The translations under genes were made by a program, and so were the position numbers. Below, piece after piece: positions 12,395 to 25,119 of a stretch of 64,000 bases of DNA. Source of the DNA: Paramecium tetraurelia (Eukaryota); assembly GCA_000165425.1 (NCBI GenBank), contig CT868552.1, positions 248,001-312,000 on the forward strand, in the 5' to 3' direction. The notes under the pieces were generated by a model, which saw nothing but the letters and a program-made list of their open reading frames with translations, made no database searches and was not told the DNA's origin. The stretch's first letter is position 1. Each line of letters starts with the position of its first letter.

Positions 12395-13835
12395 TCACAC
12401 ATATAATTATTTCATCTTACTATACGCCAAATAGACTAATTCTGGTATTACCATTGTATAATGGTTACCACCAATAATTATCTTCATATTTTCTAGTTCT
12501 TTCTCAAGCCTCTGCAGATTCTCGTAATATCCAGGTTAGAATTGAATGAAATTTTTCATCCAATGTTTCTTCATTATCATTTTTGGATCCTAAACTTTGA
12601 CTCCTAAATGAGAACTCAATTCTGCCAGTACCTCATCATCTTTCACATCCTTTATTGTCATCACAGTTAGACTGGTTGACTTTTTGGGATATTGCTTTGG
12701 AAATTGCAAAGAATCTGCCACCATTCCTAAAATATTTTGATTCTAATTTGGATTTACTAAATATCCCAACCCTCTAAACTTAAATAATAGCACTTTAACT
12801 TACATCTGGTGGTAATATCTTTTAATCCCAACATATATTTCTTGTTATTATAGAATTATTCTTTATCTTCTTTAAATCTTCCTTGATTCCATTTAAAGTT
12901 GAATTTTCCAACATAGACACTATTTCTGAGGAAGGTATATTTAAGAATAAGTAATCATATTCAATTCTCTTAATTTCTTAATTTTCATTTTCTGTAACCA
13001 ATTATCTTTATTCAACATCTATTTCCTTTCCTTTTGTATTCAATTGAATTTCTAAATTTTATTCTTTAGAATTATCTTTTAAATATCTTAATATTCGTTT
13101 TGGCAATGAATCCAATCCATAAGCAAATCTGTAACTATTTGCTTTATAATATCAAATTATATTTGGTACCTTTCATTAATTTCTTCATTCTTATTTATTC
13201 GAATTCATCATCATAAATTAAATCCATTGCTAAAATATCCTCATCGTAGGAACTCATATAAATTTTAGACAAACACATATTCTTTGATAACTTATAAACA
13301 GATTCTCCATATAACCCATAAAAAGCAGTTTCAGCATACTTTTATGTTAATTCTTTGCCCACAATTTCATCAAAATATTCTCCCAAATTATCAGATTTTT
13401 AATTAGGAAAAAGTATTTTTGGAACTGCTTTCATTAAATTCAGAAGTTCATCCTTTCTATTTTCCTTGATAAATCTAGAAATTGTTTGTAAATTCTTTTG
13501 TTATGGGATACTCTTTAATCCTCCTTCCCAATAAATATAACTATAAGGTTGTTGTACACTTGTTACAACTAAGCATATAACAACTATATACGTTCAGGAT
13601 AAAGCCCAATTTTATCGATCATGTAAAATAAAGGTCTATCATATTTTCCTCTTTTAATTGAACGTGGTCCCTCTTCACAAATAAATTAATTTTCTTTTGT
13701 TGTTGTTATCATTCCTCCCACTCTATTGGATGATTCAATCAAAGTGATTTTTGCTTTTGGAAACAATTACTTAATGAAAAAAGCATTGCTCAAACCTGAT
13801 ATACCTGCACCAACAACTACAAATCTATAAGACAT
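12395..13835 (-). CDS. PPOX: Protoporphyrinogen oxidase (HemY/PPOX family FAD oxidoreductase)
   Basis: VVVGAGISGL dinucleotide-binding motif, LIESSNRVGG, CEEGPRS, and C-terminal IQFQPGY..IIGGNHY. Confidence 0.8.
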
Positions 13836-14484
13836 TTTATAAAAAATAAATTTTTATTTTTCAAACATTCATAAATTATCTTAAAATATTCAACAATAAG
13901 AAGACAGTTCTTATATTACAAAAACAATTAATTTATTCAGGATTTTACTATTTGTATACTGAAGTTAACATTTTTGCTAAAGTTAAAAATATTAATTGCA
14001 TCTAACCTACTAAGCCGACAGATGTCTTATTAAGAAATGATAATTCAACCTAAATTTGAATTAAATGCTACGCTACTAATTTTTAATGTTATCTGAATAA
14101 TAACTTAATTTAATAATATCTTTGTACCCTCAAGTTTAATTATTGTAATATTTTAAGGGGTAATTTTCATTTGATAGCTTGACAATTAGGGACAACGATT
14201 TATATCTCAAAATTTGATGATAGAAAAATGTATATTTATTATATTTTTATTTTTTTTGTTCTTTTTAGACATAAAACTTATTAACATAAATAATATTATA
14301 TAATCTTTGACTTTCGTACTATTCAAGATTGTATTAGCAATTGTAATAATTAAAAATCAAAGTACTAATAAGGAGTTCCTTTATTATATTAAAATACTCA
14401 GAGATCTAATACATGGAGATGATAAGAACATAATATTTATTATTATTTAGGATATATCGAGTTGTAAGAGCCTGACAAATAAAA

Positions 14485-15066
14485 TCAAACATATTCTATC
14501 TTTTATAATATTCCTTGTTGATATTATCCTATCCTAATCTTGCATTCTTAATCAAATATTGTGGCTCTTCCTTCCAAATTACCGTCTTTAAATACACCGA
14601 AAACTTTGGCATTTTTATAATGCAGCACACCTTTACCATTAAACTTATATTATTAATCCATTTATCCTTAATAGTGTGTCCAATTCTTTTCCATTTATGT
14701 AATGTTTTATTTATCGAAATACTTATTATTAAAATCTTTATTATAACGAATAGCTTTTCGAGTATCAGAATATTCTATTCTCTAAAATTATTAAAGCAAA
14801 GCTGACTTTCTTTGTTGTAAAGCAGCAATCTTTTAATTAATAGATAAAATTTCATTTAAAGTGTCAGAAGAGATTTATTATGACAGTTACCTTGAGGTCT
14901 TTTATATAGGCTCCACGAGAGTTGAAGGAGTACGAATCTTTTTGAAATTTATGGGACTGATTTAAGGTTTTTTTATTGTTGAAACATCACTAGTTAATAA
15001 ACTGTATTTCTCTGAAGATTATCTCGTTGTATCTAAAAGTGAAGGAGATTTTTTGTGCTTAAACAT
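14485..15066 (-). CDS. MORN-repeat protein (193 aa)
   Basis: Intronless ORF with WTHYQGQMDQQYKFNGKGVLHY, VFGVFKDGNLEGRATI and IGQYQQGIL. Confidence 0.8.
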
Positions 15067-15470
15067 TTAACGAACACAAATAATTAATATATAATTTTAT
15101 TATTATTGTTTTTCAACACATCTCATATTATATTTTTTAGAAAAATCATATAAATCAACAATTCAGTTTTTTGTTACAACTATTAAATTTTTTGCTTTGT
15201 CTATCTCAAATAAGTAGAATATATAAAATTAACTATAATCAAAACTTTAGGAATGTAAATGTTAATCAGAAGAACATAAAAGATTAATAATACATATACA
15301 CATATCTTTGAATCTTAATCCTTTAATTTAATGAGATATTCTAAAATTCATAACAGGAGCAAATACAAACTATGGTGAAAGTCTTTCTCTTTCATTTGAT
15401 AAAGGTTTTTAACAAAATTTTGAAGATATTCTGTTGAATATATTAAAATTCCGGAAGAAATAAAATATTG

Positions 15471-15808
15471 ATGCTGAAATGGCAATTTTAATCCAAAAGA
15501 CCATATTATAAGATATCATAAAAGTATAAGGAGGATTTGAAATCCTTAGTATTTCACAAAGGATTTAGTATCAAACAAGTATAACATTATGTTCATATCT
15601 TCAGGCTGCTCATACTTTATCAATATGTTACACCAGTGCTAAGACAACTATCCTCTAATTTAGGAAGTCATAGAAAAGAAGGAATGTTAAATATTTATCA
15701 ATGAAGCCTTGTCTTGTTAAAGAGGCTTCAAAATTTAAATATAACCTTAAAATAGTTTCATAAACTGGTGGAGTGATAGTAAATGAGAAGGACTATTGCT
15801 TTAGTTGA
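15471..15808 (+). CDS. Small helix-turn-helix protein (ciliate psq/homeodomain-like HTH family)
   Basis: KRPYYKISQKYKEDLKSLVFHKGFSIKQ|26-nt intron|AAHTLSICYTSAKTTILQFRK...KIVSQTGG. Confidence 0.75.
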
Positions 15809-16341
15809 TTGATTCAATATACACCTAATATAAAAACTAATCTAAATATATTAACTGATCATTCTTAATATGTATTGTAATGAAGAATGTTATTTACTAA
15901 TAGATGATTTCATGAAAAAATAAAGGTTTCATATAATTATTCCGGATTTAATTTGGAGTTTGGCTTCCATATGCAACTTTTTCACTTAAAATTATTAGGA
16001 ATTTCGATTGTAGAAGTTGTTCATCATTAAAGACAGCAGAAAATAAGGAAGTCCCTGATTAAGTCAAATTAATTTGTTGTTCATTCAAAATTATGATGCA
16101 CTTTAAATACAAATACATCATATATTATATTATAATTAAAATATATAATAATCTTTTAGTTTATAATAATTTATTAAATTTTTGTAATAAATAAATGAAT
16201 GATTACATAATTCTTATAATGAGTATTAATAATTTATTCCTTTATTAATATGCATCAAATAAAAGATTTATTTCCCTTTTTTTTATTCAAAATAAAGAGA
16301 TGAGTATAAATAAAAATAAATTTAAGCATTGCATCAAAACT

Positions 16342-16675
16342 ATGGCCAAGATGTCTGCTTCAAAAAGATAATATGTCAAAATTTCTAAAATTCAAAAGCA
16401 ATCCTTACTTCAATTAGTTTTCGACTATGGAATGAAGATTAGAGAGGTAGTGTGATATTATCAACAATTAGGCTTCACAGAAATTGAACTTAAAATATGC
16501 TGCCGCTAAAACCTTTGTGTTATAATTTAGAAAAAAATTACTAAGAAAAGAATTTAATTACGCTTCTGATAAGCCTTGTCAGACATGTCCTAAAAGAGAT
16601 GTGTATACTCCATTTAAAATCGTATCATAGATAGGAGGAAAAGAAATCAGTTCAAAAACTTACATATACAATTGA
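16342..16675 (+). CDS. Small helix-turn-helix protein, paralogue of 15471-15808
   Basis: KRQYVKISKIQKQSLLQLVFDYGMKIRE|25-nt intron|ASQKLNLKYAAAKTFVLQFRK...KIVSQIGG. Confidence 0.8.
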
Positions 16676-16699
16676 ACAATATAACTAATTTTTGTATAT

Positions 16700-17930
16700 A
16701 TTTTATGTATTCTATTGCTTTCTTCAACTTCCAGCTCAAACGATTAATTACAAACTAAAATTACTTTCAGCAATAAGGAAACAAATAAAATTGTAAAATC
16801 AGTTAAAAATGAACGAAAAATTGATTTGTTTAAGTTTGAAAATGTGCCTGTGCTTATCTCAATTTCATAACTTGAAAGAAAATTTAAACTTAGACGTTAT
16901 TTAAAACACCAAAACAAATGGAAAACTATAGAAGGATAAAAAGTATAGATGATAATTTAAATCTTTTGATAATTAGGTTAAGATAATTAATAATCAAGTC
17001 TTTAATTGTTCTAGAAATTTAGTTTTAATTAATTATGATTTGATGACATTATTGCTATTATTATTATACAGATTAAATTGGTTTATCTGTTATGAGTACA
17101 AGAATATTAATTTAATGACATAATCAAAAAATCAATTAATTTTAATTAATATTTAAAATTAATACAATTCTTTGACTTTGTAAAAGATGAAATGCAGAAA
17201 TGATGAGATATCAAAAATATATTTTAACATAAACTATAGTTCTTATCATAATAATTATATTTCATGATCAAATTATTTAAAGGAAACAATACTCTTTTAG
17301 CTCAAAATGGAACTATTACTTTTGATGTCAAAAGATTAGATTACAATTGTCAAATGTATAAAAATATGTAATTTAGCCAATATTGGAAGTATAGTAATTT
17401 ATCTTTTCTATTTTGTTATTGGGTCAGGAACAATGATTTAATAAAAGATTTTTCTTTTAGCCAATATCTCTAAAAAAGTGGAATTGACGATTTTTATCGA
17501 AGATAATTATAATGGATGTATATTTTGAGTCTGAAAATCAAGAGAGAATAATTGTTGCCTTTAGAGAACAATTTCAATTAATGTGCAATAGAATTTTTAT
17601 CTCTTCTTTATAGTGGATATAATTATAAGAATCACCCAATTAAAAGAGATTTAACAATAGAAAAGCGATAGGAAACAAATCTAGATCATATTTATAGAAG
17701 AAGAATTGTACTAATTTTCTAATCAAAATTTCTATTAAAACTTTTAAAGTAATATTGTTCTAATTCGATTGATTAAGTTAGTGGAATACGATTTGGGTAT
17801 TTCTCCTTTATTTGAAAGAAGGAATAGACTAGGCATAGCTGTTCTATTTTCAAGGTTGACAAGATTCTTAATAGATATTGGTTTAAAGAGCAGATGTAAT
17901 AATGAACATTATTAATAAATATCTATTTTA
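16700..17930 (+). pseudogene. Probable decayed gene remnant
   Basis: About 1.2 kb gap, unusually long for this window, with coding-like purine-rich fragments broken by TGA and frameshifts. No intact model found. Confidence 0.3.
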
Positions 17931-17945
17931 AATAATAAAGTCGAA

Positions 17946-18956
17946 ATGGGACCATATCTAAGCCAACCAAAAACAGAGAAGACTTCAGTTACAGGCTAAA
18001 ATTAAGTACTCCAATATGCTGCCACGCATATGCAAGGTATTAATGATTATTAAATCAGGATGGAGAAATACTATGGAGGATGCTCACATTTCTGATTTGA
18101 ACATTGAGCCAGATGTCCATTTATTCGCTGTTTTCGATGGCCACGGTGGAAGTGAAGTAGCAATATTTGCAGAAAGACATTTCAGAGAAGAATTGATGAA
18201 GAATAAAAACTATCAATAAAAAAATTATGAGAAGGCATTGACAGAAACATTTTTCAAAATTGATAAGATGTTATAAGAGCCTTCTGGTTTGGATGAGTTA
18301 AATAAAATTAGGGGAGTGACCGATGAAGGTAATTAATGTCCAGATTTTAGCATCTTTGGCTGGATGCACAGCTAATGTTGCTTTGATTGTTGGCAAAACT
18401 TTGTATGTTGCCAATGCAGGAGATTCAAGGTCATTTTTAAATAGAGATGGAAAACCATTTGACATGAGCAAAGATCATAAGCCAGATGACGAATAAGAGA
18501 AAAAGAGAATTGAGAGGGCTGGAGGTTTCGTTTCCGATGGTCGTGTTAATGGTTGAATATATTATGTTATTTAAGGAAATCTATCATTATCAAGAGCTTT
18601 GGGAGATTTAGAATACAAAAAAGATAACAGATTTAAGCCAGAAGAATAGATCATCACAGCATTACCTGATGTTAAAGTAACACAGTTGAGTGCTGCCGAT
18701 AAGTAATACGCATATATTCAATATTTGATCAGGTTCTTATTGATGGGATGTGATGGAGTGTTTGAAACATGGGACCATCAATAAATACTAAACTTTATCA
18801 ATTCAGAGTTGAAGAATACTCAAAATCTTTAGAAAGCTGCAGAGAAATTGCTTGATTAATTGTTGGCTAAGGATACATCATGTAAACATTAAATACTATA
18901 ATCTAGTGGGTACTGGATGCGATAATATGACTTGCATTTTGATTCAATTTAAATGA
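17946..18956 (+). CDS. Protein phosphatase 2C (PPM family)
   Basis: [65 protein letters not shown]; five tiny introns. Confidence 0.96.
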
Positions 18957-19317
18957 TGAATCAATTGAGTATCAAAAACATATAAAATAACATATAATTT
19001 AAAATTATTCTATGATTCAAACAATCAATTCTTCAGATAAGCAATTTGTACATTTGTACTATTGAAATAATCTCTAAGAGTTCATTTCAATAAAATCATT
19101 CCATTATTTTGGTTACTTAAATTAAGTGAGAATTCTCTGTAGGTCTGCTTAGACTGAAATTAAAAGATGATAGAATAAGTTGTGTAATAGTGATAACAAG
19201 AATTCAATCAAATATTTTGAATAGATGCTTTTTCATTTAGAATCATCATTAGTTATTGAAAAATATAATGTATTGTCATGTAGAGACATTAAAATTATTG
19301 TAATATTAAAATGTACT

Positions 19318-20610
19318 ATGAGTATGACAAATCAATCTCGAGCTCCAGCTATGTTAATTTTCGTAGATAACAGCAGAACGCTGATCCACAAACTCCATGA
19401 ACTATTAAAGCACATGAATGAGAGTGAAGCTCTATTCATTTATATTTGCAATGAAATAAATTTTCCTTAATTATCCGATTAAATAATTATGGTTTCATAC
19501 CTGAATGAGTTTTCTACATATTGTAGATCAGTTGGCCTCTTGGCACTCTAAGAATCATTCAAAGAGCAGAAGAGTACCTTAGAAGAAACATTACTCATGC
19601 ATTTGATTACACTAAAAAGGGAATAACTGATTGAATTATCCACTCGTATTGTAAGGATATGGAGCATCAATAATAGAGATCAAAAATAAGGATCTTCTCA
19701 AGAAAGCCAATAAAGGAAGATGTCTGTTAGTGAAATGCATACCAAATCTAGTTCCTAATTAAATCATCTCTATGACTAACATATATTCAATGAAGAGAAT
19801 CAAATAGTCAAACGAGATTAGTAAATTAATCTCCTTATGAAGGAGTGCACATTCAAACCTTAAATAACAAAGAAGAGCCAAAAATTAGAGTTGAATTCAC
19901 CAGCTCATATTAGACTGAACAATTATGCAATGGACTCTAAAATCAAATTACAAATAGTTTAAGAACTTAATTAGAAATAAGAATTAAAGGATTGCACTTT
20001 CAAACCCTCAATTAATTTCAAATCAATTGGTAATAATCAATCAGTTGAAAATCCGTTTGATAGACTCTATTAAAATGCCCTGACCTAAAGAAATAAAACA
20101 CCTAGAAACAATGAAGATTCATAATTTACGTATCGTCCTTAATTAATCAGCTCTCCAATTAAATTATAACAATAAGAGGGAATTTCAGTCGAGGAGAGAC
20201 TTTATAATCATCATTTCGAGAAAATGAATAATATGGCTTTGAAATAAGAGGAGCTTCAATAAAATGAATTAGATTAATGCACATTTACACCTGCTATTAA
20301 TTAGTAAGGTAATTGCAGACAAAATGAAAAAGTATTTGAAAGGCTCTATAACCACAGCAGTGTAAAATCTGTTTCAGAAGTAAAGGATCATTCAATATCA
20401 CATATTAATAAGAAATCGGAATCCTTAATAAAAAAGCCATAATCAGAGAATAATTCCTATGTGACTTAATTTTAAGTAGAATCCAATCCATTCGATCGAT
20501 TGTATTTAGAACATTAAAGATAAGAGAAAAAGAAGAAATCCAATTAAATATAATATTACTAATCTATACCATTTAAACCAATACTAAATAAAAAATAATC
20601 ATTATAATGA
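19318..20610 (+). CDS. Hypothetical protein with repeated CTFKP / RLY motifs (putative microtubule- or cilium-associated)
   Basis: Repeats ECTFKPQI, DCTFKPSI, FTYRPQL, QCTFTPAI and IPFKPIL alternate with FDRLY/VEERLY/FERLY. Start codon uncertain. Confidence 0.75.
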
Positions 20611-21279
20611 ATTATAAATATATTTAATACTAGAATTTCATTTTAAAATATAAATATAGAAACTAATAACTCATTATATAACTAAAAAAGTGATTCCAGG
20701 AATAAAATTATTATCTAAATAAATTTAATTTATATTCTATAAATTAATAATATCGAAAAATTCTAAGCCTCTCGATGAAATTATACATATTTGAAATAAA
20801 TAGGGTATCTGAGTGTAGTCCATACTTAAAATTGATTTTTTAATTATTATGATAAAATGTATTTATGGAATCAATTAAATTCATAAATTAAATCAAAATA
20901 CACAAGATTACATTTATTATTTAATATTTAGCTTACCTATATTATGAGTTTATGGAGACAATCAGATAGAATTAAATAATTCAATCACATTTTATCAAAT
21001 CATTTTAAATACTACATACGAATTCAATGGAAGTTGCTAAAATATCATCTTGATTTACATTAAATTGACTTTTTAAAAATACAATTAATCTCTTCTTAAT
21101 ATTTTAAAAATTATTAATTTACAAGTTAAAGAATTGAACTTCTTATAGATATTTGAAGATAGCAATACATATAATCAGTGTAGCTTGTATAAATGATAAT
21201 AAATTTCTGGAGATCGCAATTTAGAATGAGAAATGAAAATATTTTATTCAGTTGATTAAAAATAATTTTAATATTGTTT

Positions 21280-23212
21280 ATGTCTTCTTTGTTTAAGGAA
21301 GTGCCACTCCAGAAAGTGATTGCAAACAAGGCATAAGTAACAGTAACTATATTAGATAGAAAATAGCCATTCTTGTAATGATGTTAAAAGATATACAAAA
21401 GGAAGAGGAGGAAATTTTGAAATAATTTAACAAAATGACTAAAGATGCTCGAACGATCAATGAATTGTATGAGATTATGGAAATGATTAACTATGAAATG
21501 AGTGTGAGAAATGATGACAAAATGATGATCTTAGATGAAATCACTCATCAAGAAGAGTTGTTGTAAGTGCTTGAATATATTAAAGATTGACAGAGTCGGC
21601 GAGTCTATAGAAACATATCAATAGCATATCCAAAGACCTGGAGACATCAGAGAAATTCTAATAAACAAGATCTTTACGTTAAACTGGGAGATTCCTATAA
21701 TTCAATCACAATAATCACAATTTGAATGTTGAGACCAAAATACTATAATCAAATATAATTACAAGTTACGATTTTGAAGAGTAATCAAAGTTGAATGACA
21801 AAATCCAAGATAACATATTCAATGACCCAATCAAATATAATACACAAGAGGGAATCGATGAAACATAAGTTTATGATTGGATACTTGACATAGATCTTAT
21901 AAACAACGTTCAATAAGGGTGGACAGTCTATATTAGCAAGTAGTTCTAGGCAAACAAAGAGTTGGTTGGATTATCTAATAGCGATAACAAGGCTCAAATA
22001 AAATGGGAAGGAGCCACAGTTGCAGTAGTAGGATTGTATGATAAGGGTAAAACGTTTGTCTTGAACAATCTAACTTAATCTAATTTGCCATCTGGAAAAA
22101 AGGTAACAACCAAAGGAATTTCATTTAAACATGTTGATGTCGATTCAGGTACTCAATTAATTTTGGTTGATACTGCTGGAAGCTACTCTCCTGTCAAAAT
22201 TCAGTCAGCCATGAGTATTGTGGAAAAAGAGGCTACTGAACATTTCATCATTGATTTAGTGTTTGAGTTGAGTGACTATTTCATATGCGTTGTAAATGAC
22301 TTTACTTCACTTGATCAGAGATATCTGGATAGATTATCAAGGTATATTTAGAATAGTTCGAAAACATTCAGAGAAATAATTGTTGTTCACAATTTGAAGG
22401 AAGTTGAAACTGCTGAGATATTACAGCATGTTTGGACAACCTAAGTGACTTAGATATATTCAACTGGTGGATCTATCCAAAGAACTAAGGTTGCAGCCAC
22501 TAATCCAAGAATAAATGAATTGTAAGAAAAACATGTTCTATGGTTTAAAACCCAATACACTAGACATGTTTGTTTAGTTAGTGATGACAGTCAATTAGGA
22601 TTGGATGTGAATCCTTGGGTCTTTTCATTGTTGAAGTACTGGCTAAAAGCAGTCTTTGTTCCAGTTAATCGACAATTCTCTGTTTGTGAAAATATCCTCC
22701 AATATGCAACTAGTAAACTTACACAGTATTTCAAAAGAGAAGTCAATGTTAAATTGATAGATACTGATAACTAATTTGTTAAGAAAATCGTGTAAATGGA
22801 GGCTGATCTATAGGATGGAGAACTTAAGATACCTTAGACAAACATTGATCAATCTGGACTCATTTTAGCCAGACCTGATTCGTTTGCTCCTGCTACTGAT
22901 ATCATAGCTAATGACAAATACATTATCTATATGGATGTACCTGGAATCAATGAAGAGGATATTGAAATGTATAGATAGAATGTAGTTACAATTGTTAAGG
23001 GTAATAGAAAAAAACCTTATTAAGAGGAACAAAGTGATCACATTAAGAAATAGGAGAGAAAATATGGAGAATTCACTCTAAGTTTTAGGATTCCTGAAAA
23101 TTTTGAAAGGAAATGGAAACATTTTGGAATTGAAAATGGAGTATTGAAAATTGTTTATGAAAAAGATAAAGATGATATCATTCCGAGCAAATTTGTTAAT
23201 TAAGCAGAATGA
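21280..23212 (+). CDS. P-loop GTPase domain fused to a C-terminal Hsp20/alpha-crystallin domain
   Basis: G1 GLYDKGKT (22031-22054), TTKG, G3 DTAG (22169-22180), IIVVHNL. C-terminus PATDII..YIIYMDVPGI..IVKGNRK..ERKYGEFTLSFRIP..IENGVLKI. Confidence 0.88.
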
Positions 23213-23289
23213 AAGATTATTTTGTTTTAGACATTCTGGTTTATATTTAAATTAGTTTGAGTCTTTTCAAGGATTATTATTTAATTATC

Positions 23290-25088
23290 ATGCAATAATT
23301 CTAACAAATTTAAGAACCTGATTGTTTCATTTGTGCTTGCGGTTTCTCTTGTCAATACATAAAGGAGAAGGAAATGGAAATGCATATCGATTCTTGCCCT
23401 GTATATAGTGCTTACAGCGAATTTATGAAATATATTGAGAGGAAGGATATTTAAAATGCAAATGAAGATCAACTTAGAATAATGAAAGCAGAAGCAAAAG
23501 TGTACGTATCCAGATTAGAGATGATGCTAATGATTTGTACTAATCAATTTAATCTAAAATAGATTCTCAATAATAATAACCTATGTTACAGAAGGCTCCT
23601 TCATAAACAGTTCAATGCGAAAAATGCAAGAAGCAGTTCGAAGCCAATTCCGATTTTGATAAGGTTTGGTATTTAGAAAATTGTTCACATATCATATGCA
23701 AAGATTGCATGTTGAATATTTGTAAAGACGACTTTTTGCCCAAAAAAAGCAATGTAACTTGTGTATGTGGGGAGAGATTCAAGGACGAGGAGATTAAATA
23801 AATCTTGGGAAGAGACCTATATGAACAATTGACCGAGAAACTGAATTTGTCATTATAGAATATTATCGAATGTTGTCATTGCAAGGAACGATTCTGTTTC
23901 CAGAAAGGCAATATAGAGGAAAAGATATAGGATTAGAATGGAAAATTGGTGCAGGGATAACAATTGAAACATTACATTGAAAATAGGTTTAAATGCTCTA
24001 AGTGTCATACTGAGTAATGTAAGAATTGTATGAGCATACCATATCACACAAACATGACTTGTGAAGAATATAAAATTAATAAGGCAGCAGTAAAATGCAG
24101 ATTATGTGAGTAACCAACAGAAATATAAAAAAATCAACCTGAAGCATTATAAACAATATGTTCACAACAGGAGTGTCAAAATAGAGCTAAAAATTTATGC
24201 ACTCTTAAATTAGCATGTGGACATTTTTGTCAAGGAATAAAGAACACTCCTTGTTTGCCCTGTCTGAATGAGAAGTGTGCCAAGGATTAAAATGAAGAAG
24301 ACTATTGTAATATATGCTTTACAGAAGGATTAAAATCACAACCTTGTGTTTAGACTACGTGTGGACATGTATCTTTCAATACTATTATTAGATATTCCAT
24401 GAAGATTGTTTAAGATAAAAGTTAGAGGCTAAATGGAATGGTCCAAGAATTGTATTCAACTTTATGAAATGTCCTTTATGCAACAAATTTTTGGATATCC
24501 AAGTGCCTCATTTCAAGAAGTCTATTGAATAAGGGTAGATTTTATTGAAAGAAGTGCAAGAATTGTGTTTACAGAGATTGAAATTAGAGGAAAAAGAGAA
24601 GGATAAAGAATTATTGGATCCTACTCATTAGTTCTTCTAAAAACCATTGGATTATGCCATGCATATCTATTGTTATTATTTGTGTTTCAAATGCAAAAAA
24701 CCATATTTTGGAGGATTGAAAAATTGTTAATAAGCAGCAGATCAAGATCCAAAAGTAGAGTTCAAGTAGGAAGACTTAGTTTGCACAAAATGCTGTCCAT
24801 TGTTGACTCTTGAGGATAAGTGTAATAAACATGGAGTTGATTATATTGATTTCAAATGTAGACATTGTTGTTCAATTGCATTATGGTGGTGTCAGTATGA
24901 TATTAATGTTATTGTTTAGTGGTACAACTCATTATTGTGATCCTTGTCATAGAAACATCAAAACTAATATGACCAAACCATGTCCAGGAGTAGGAAAATG
25001 TCCTTTAGGAATTCCCCATAAGCCTAATGGTGAGGAAATGTCGTTAGGTTGTTCTTTATGTAGAGCAGAAAGGTTGAAAGCCAAATGA
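23290..25088 (+). CDS. Cys-rich E3 ubiquitin ligase: RING1-IBR-like N-terminus plus MYCBP2/Highwire-type RING-Cys-relay (RCR) C-terminus
   Basis: [104 protein letters not shown]. Confidence 0.9.
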
Positions 25089-25119
25089 ATATCGCATATA
25101 ACACTAAAAAAATATAATA

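Noticed and set aside
14167..14484. Apparent long C-terminal extension or frameshift of the MORN gene
   Set aside because: Re-reading shows the frame ends normally at the TGA at 14485-14487 after GILQKIEYV.
14515..14805. Hydrophobic ORF-track proteins (also 6525-6713, 23281-23472, 26494-26709, 31393-31623, 45379-45672, 48061-48327, 48729-48962, 49177-49389, 63323-63580)
   Set aside because: They are standard-code antisense artefacts overlapping well-supported code-6 genes on the opposite strand.
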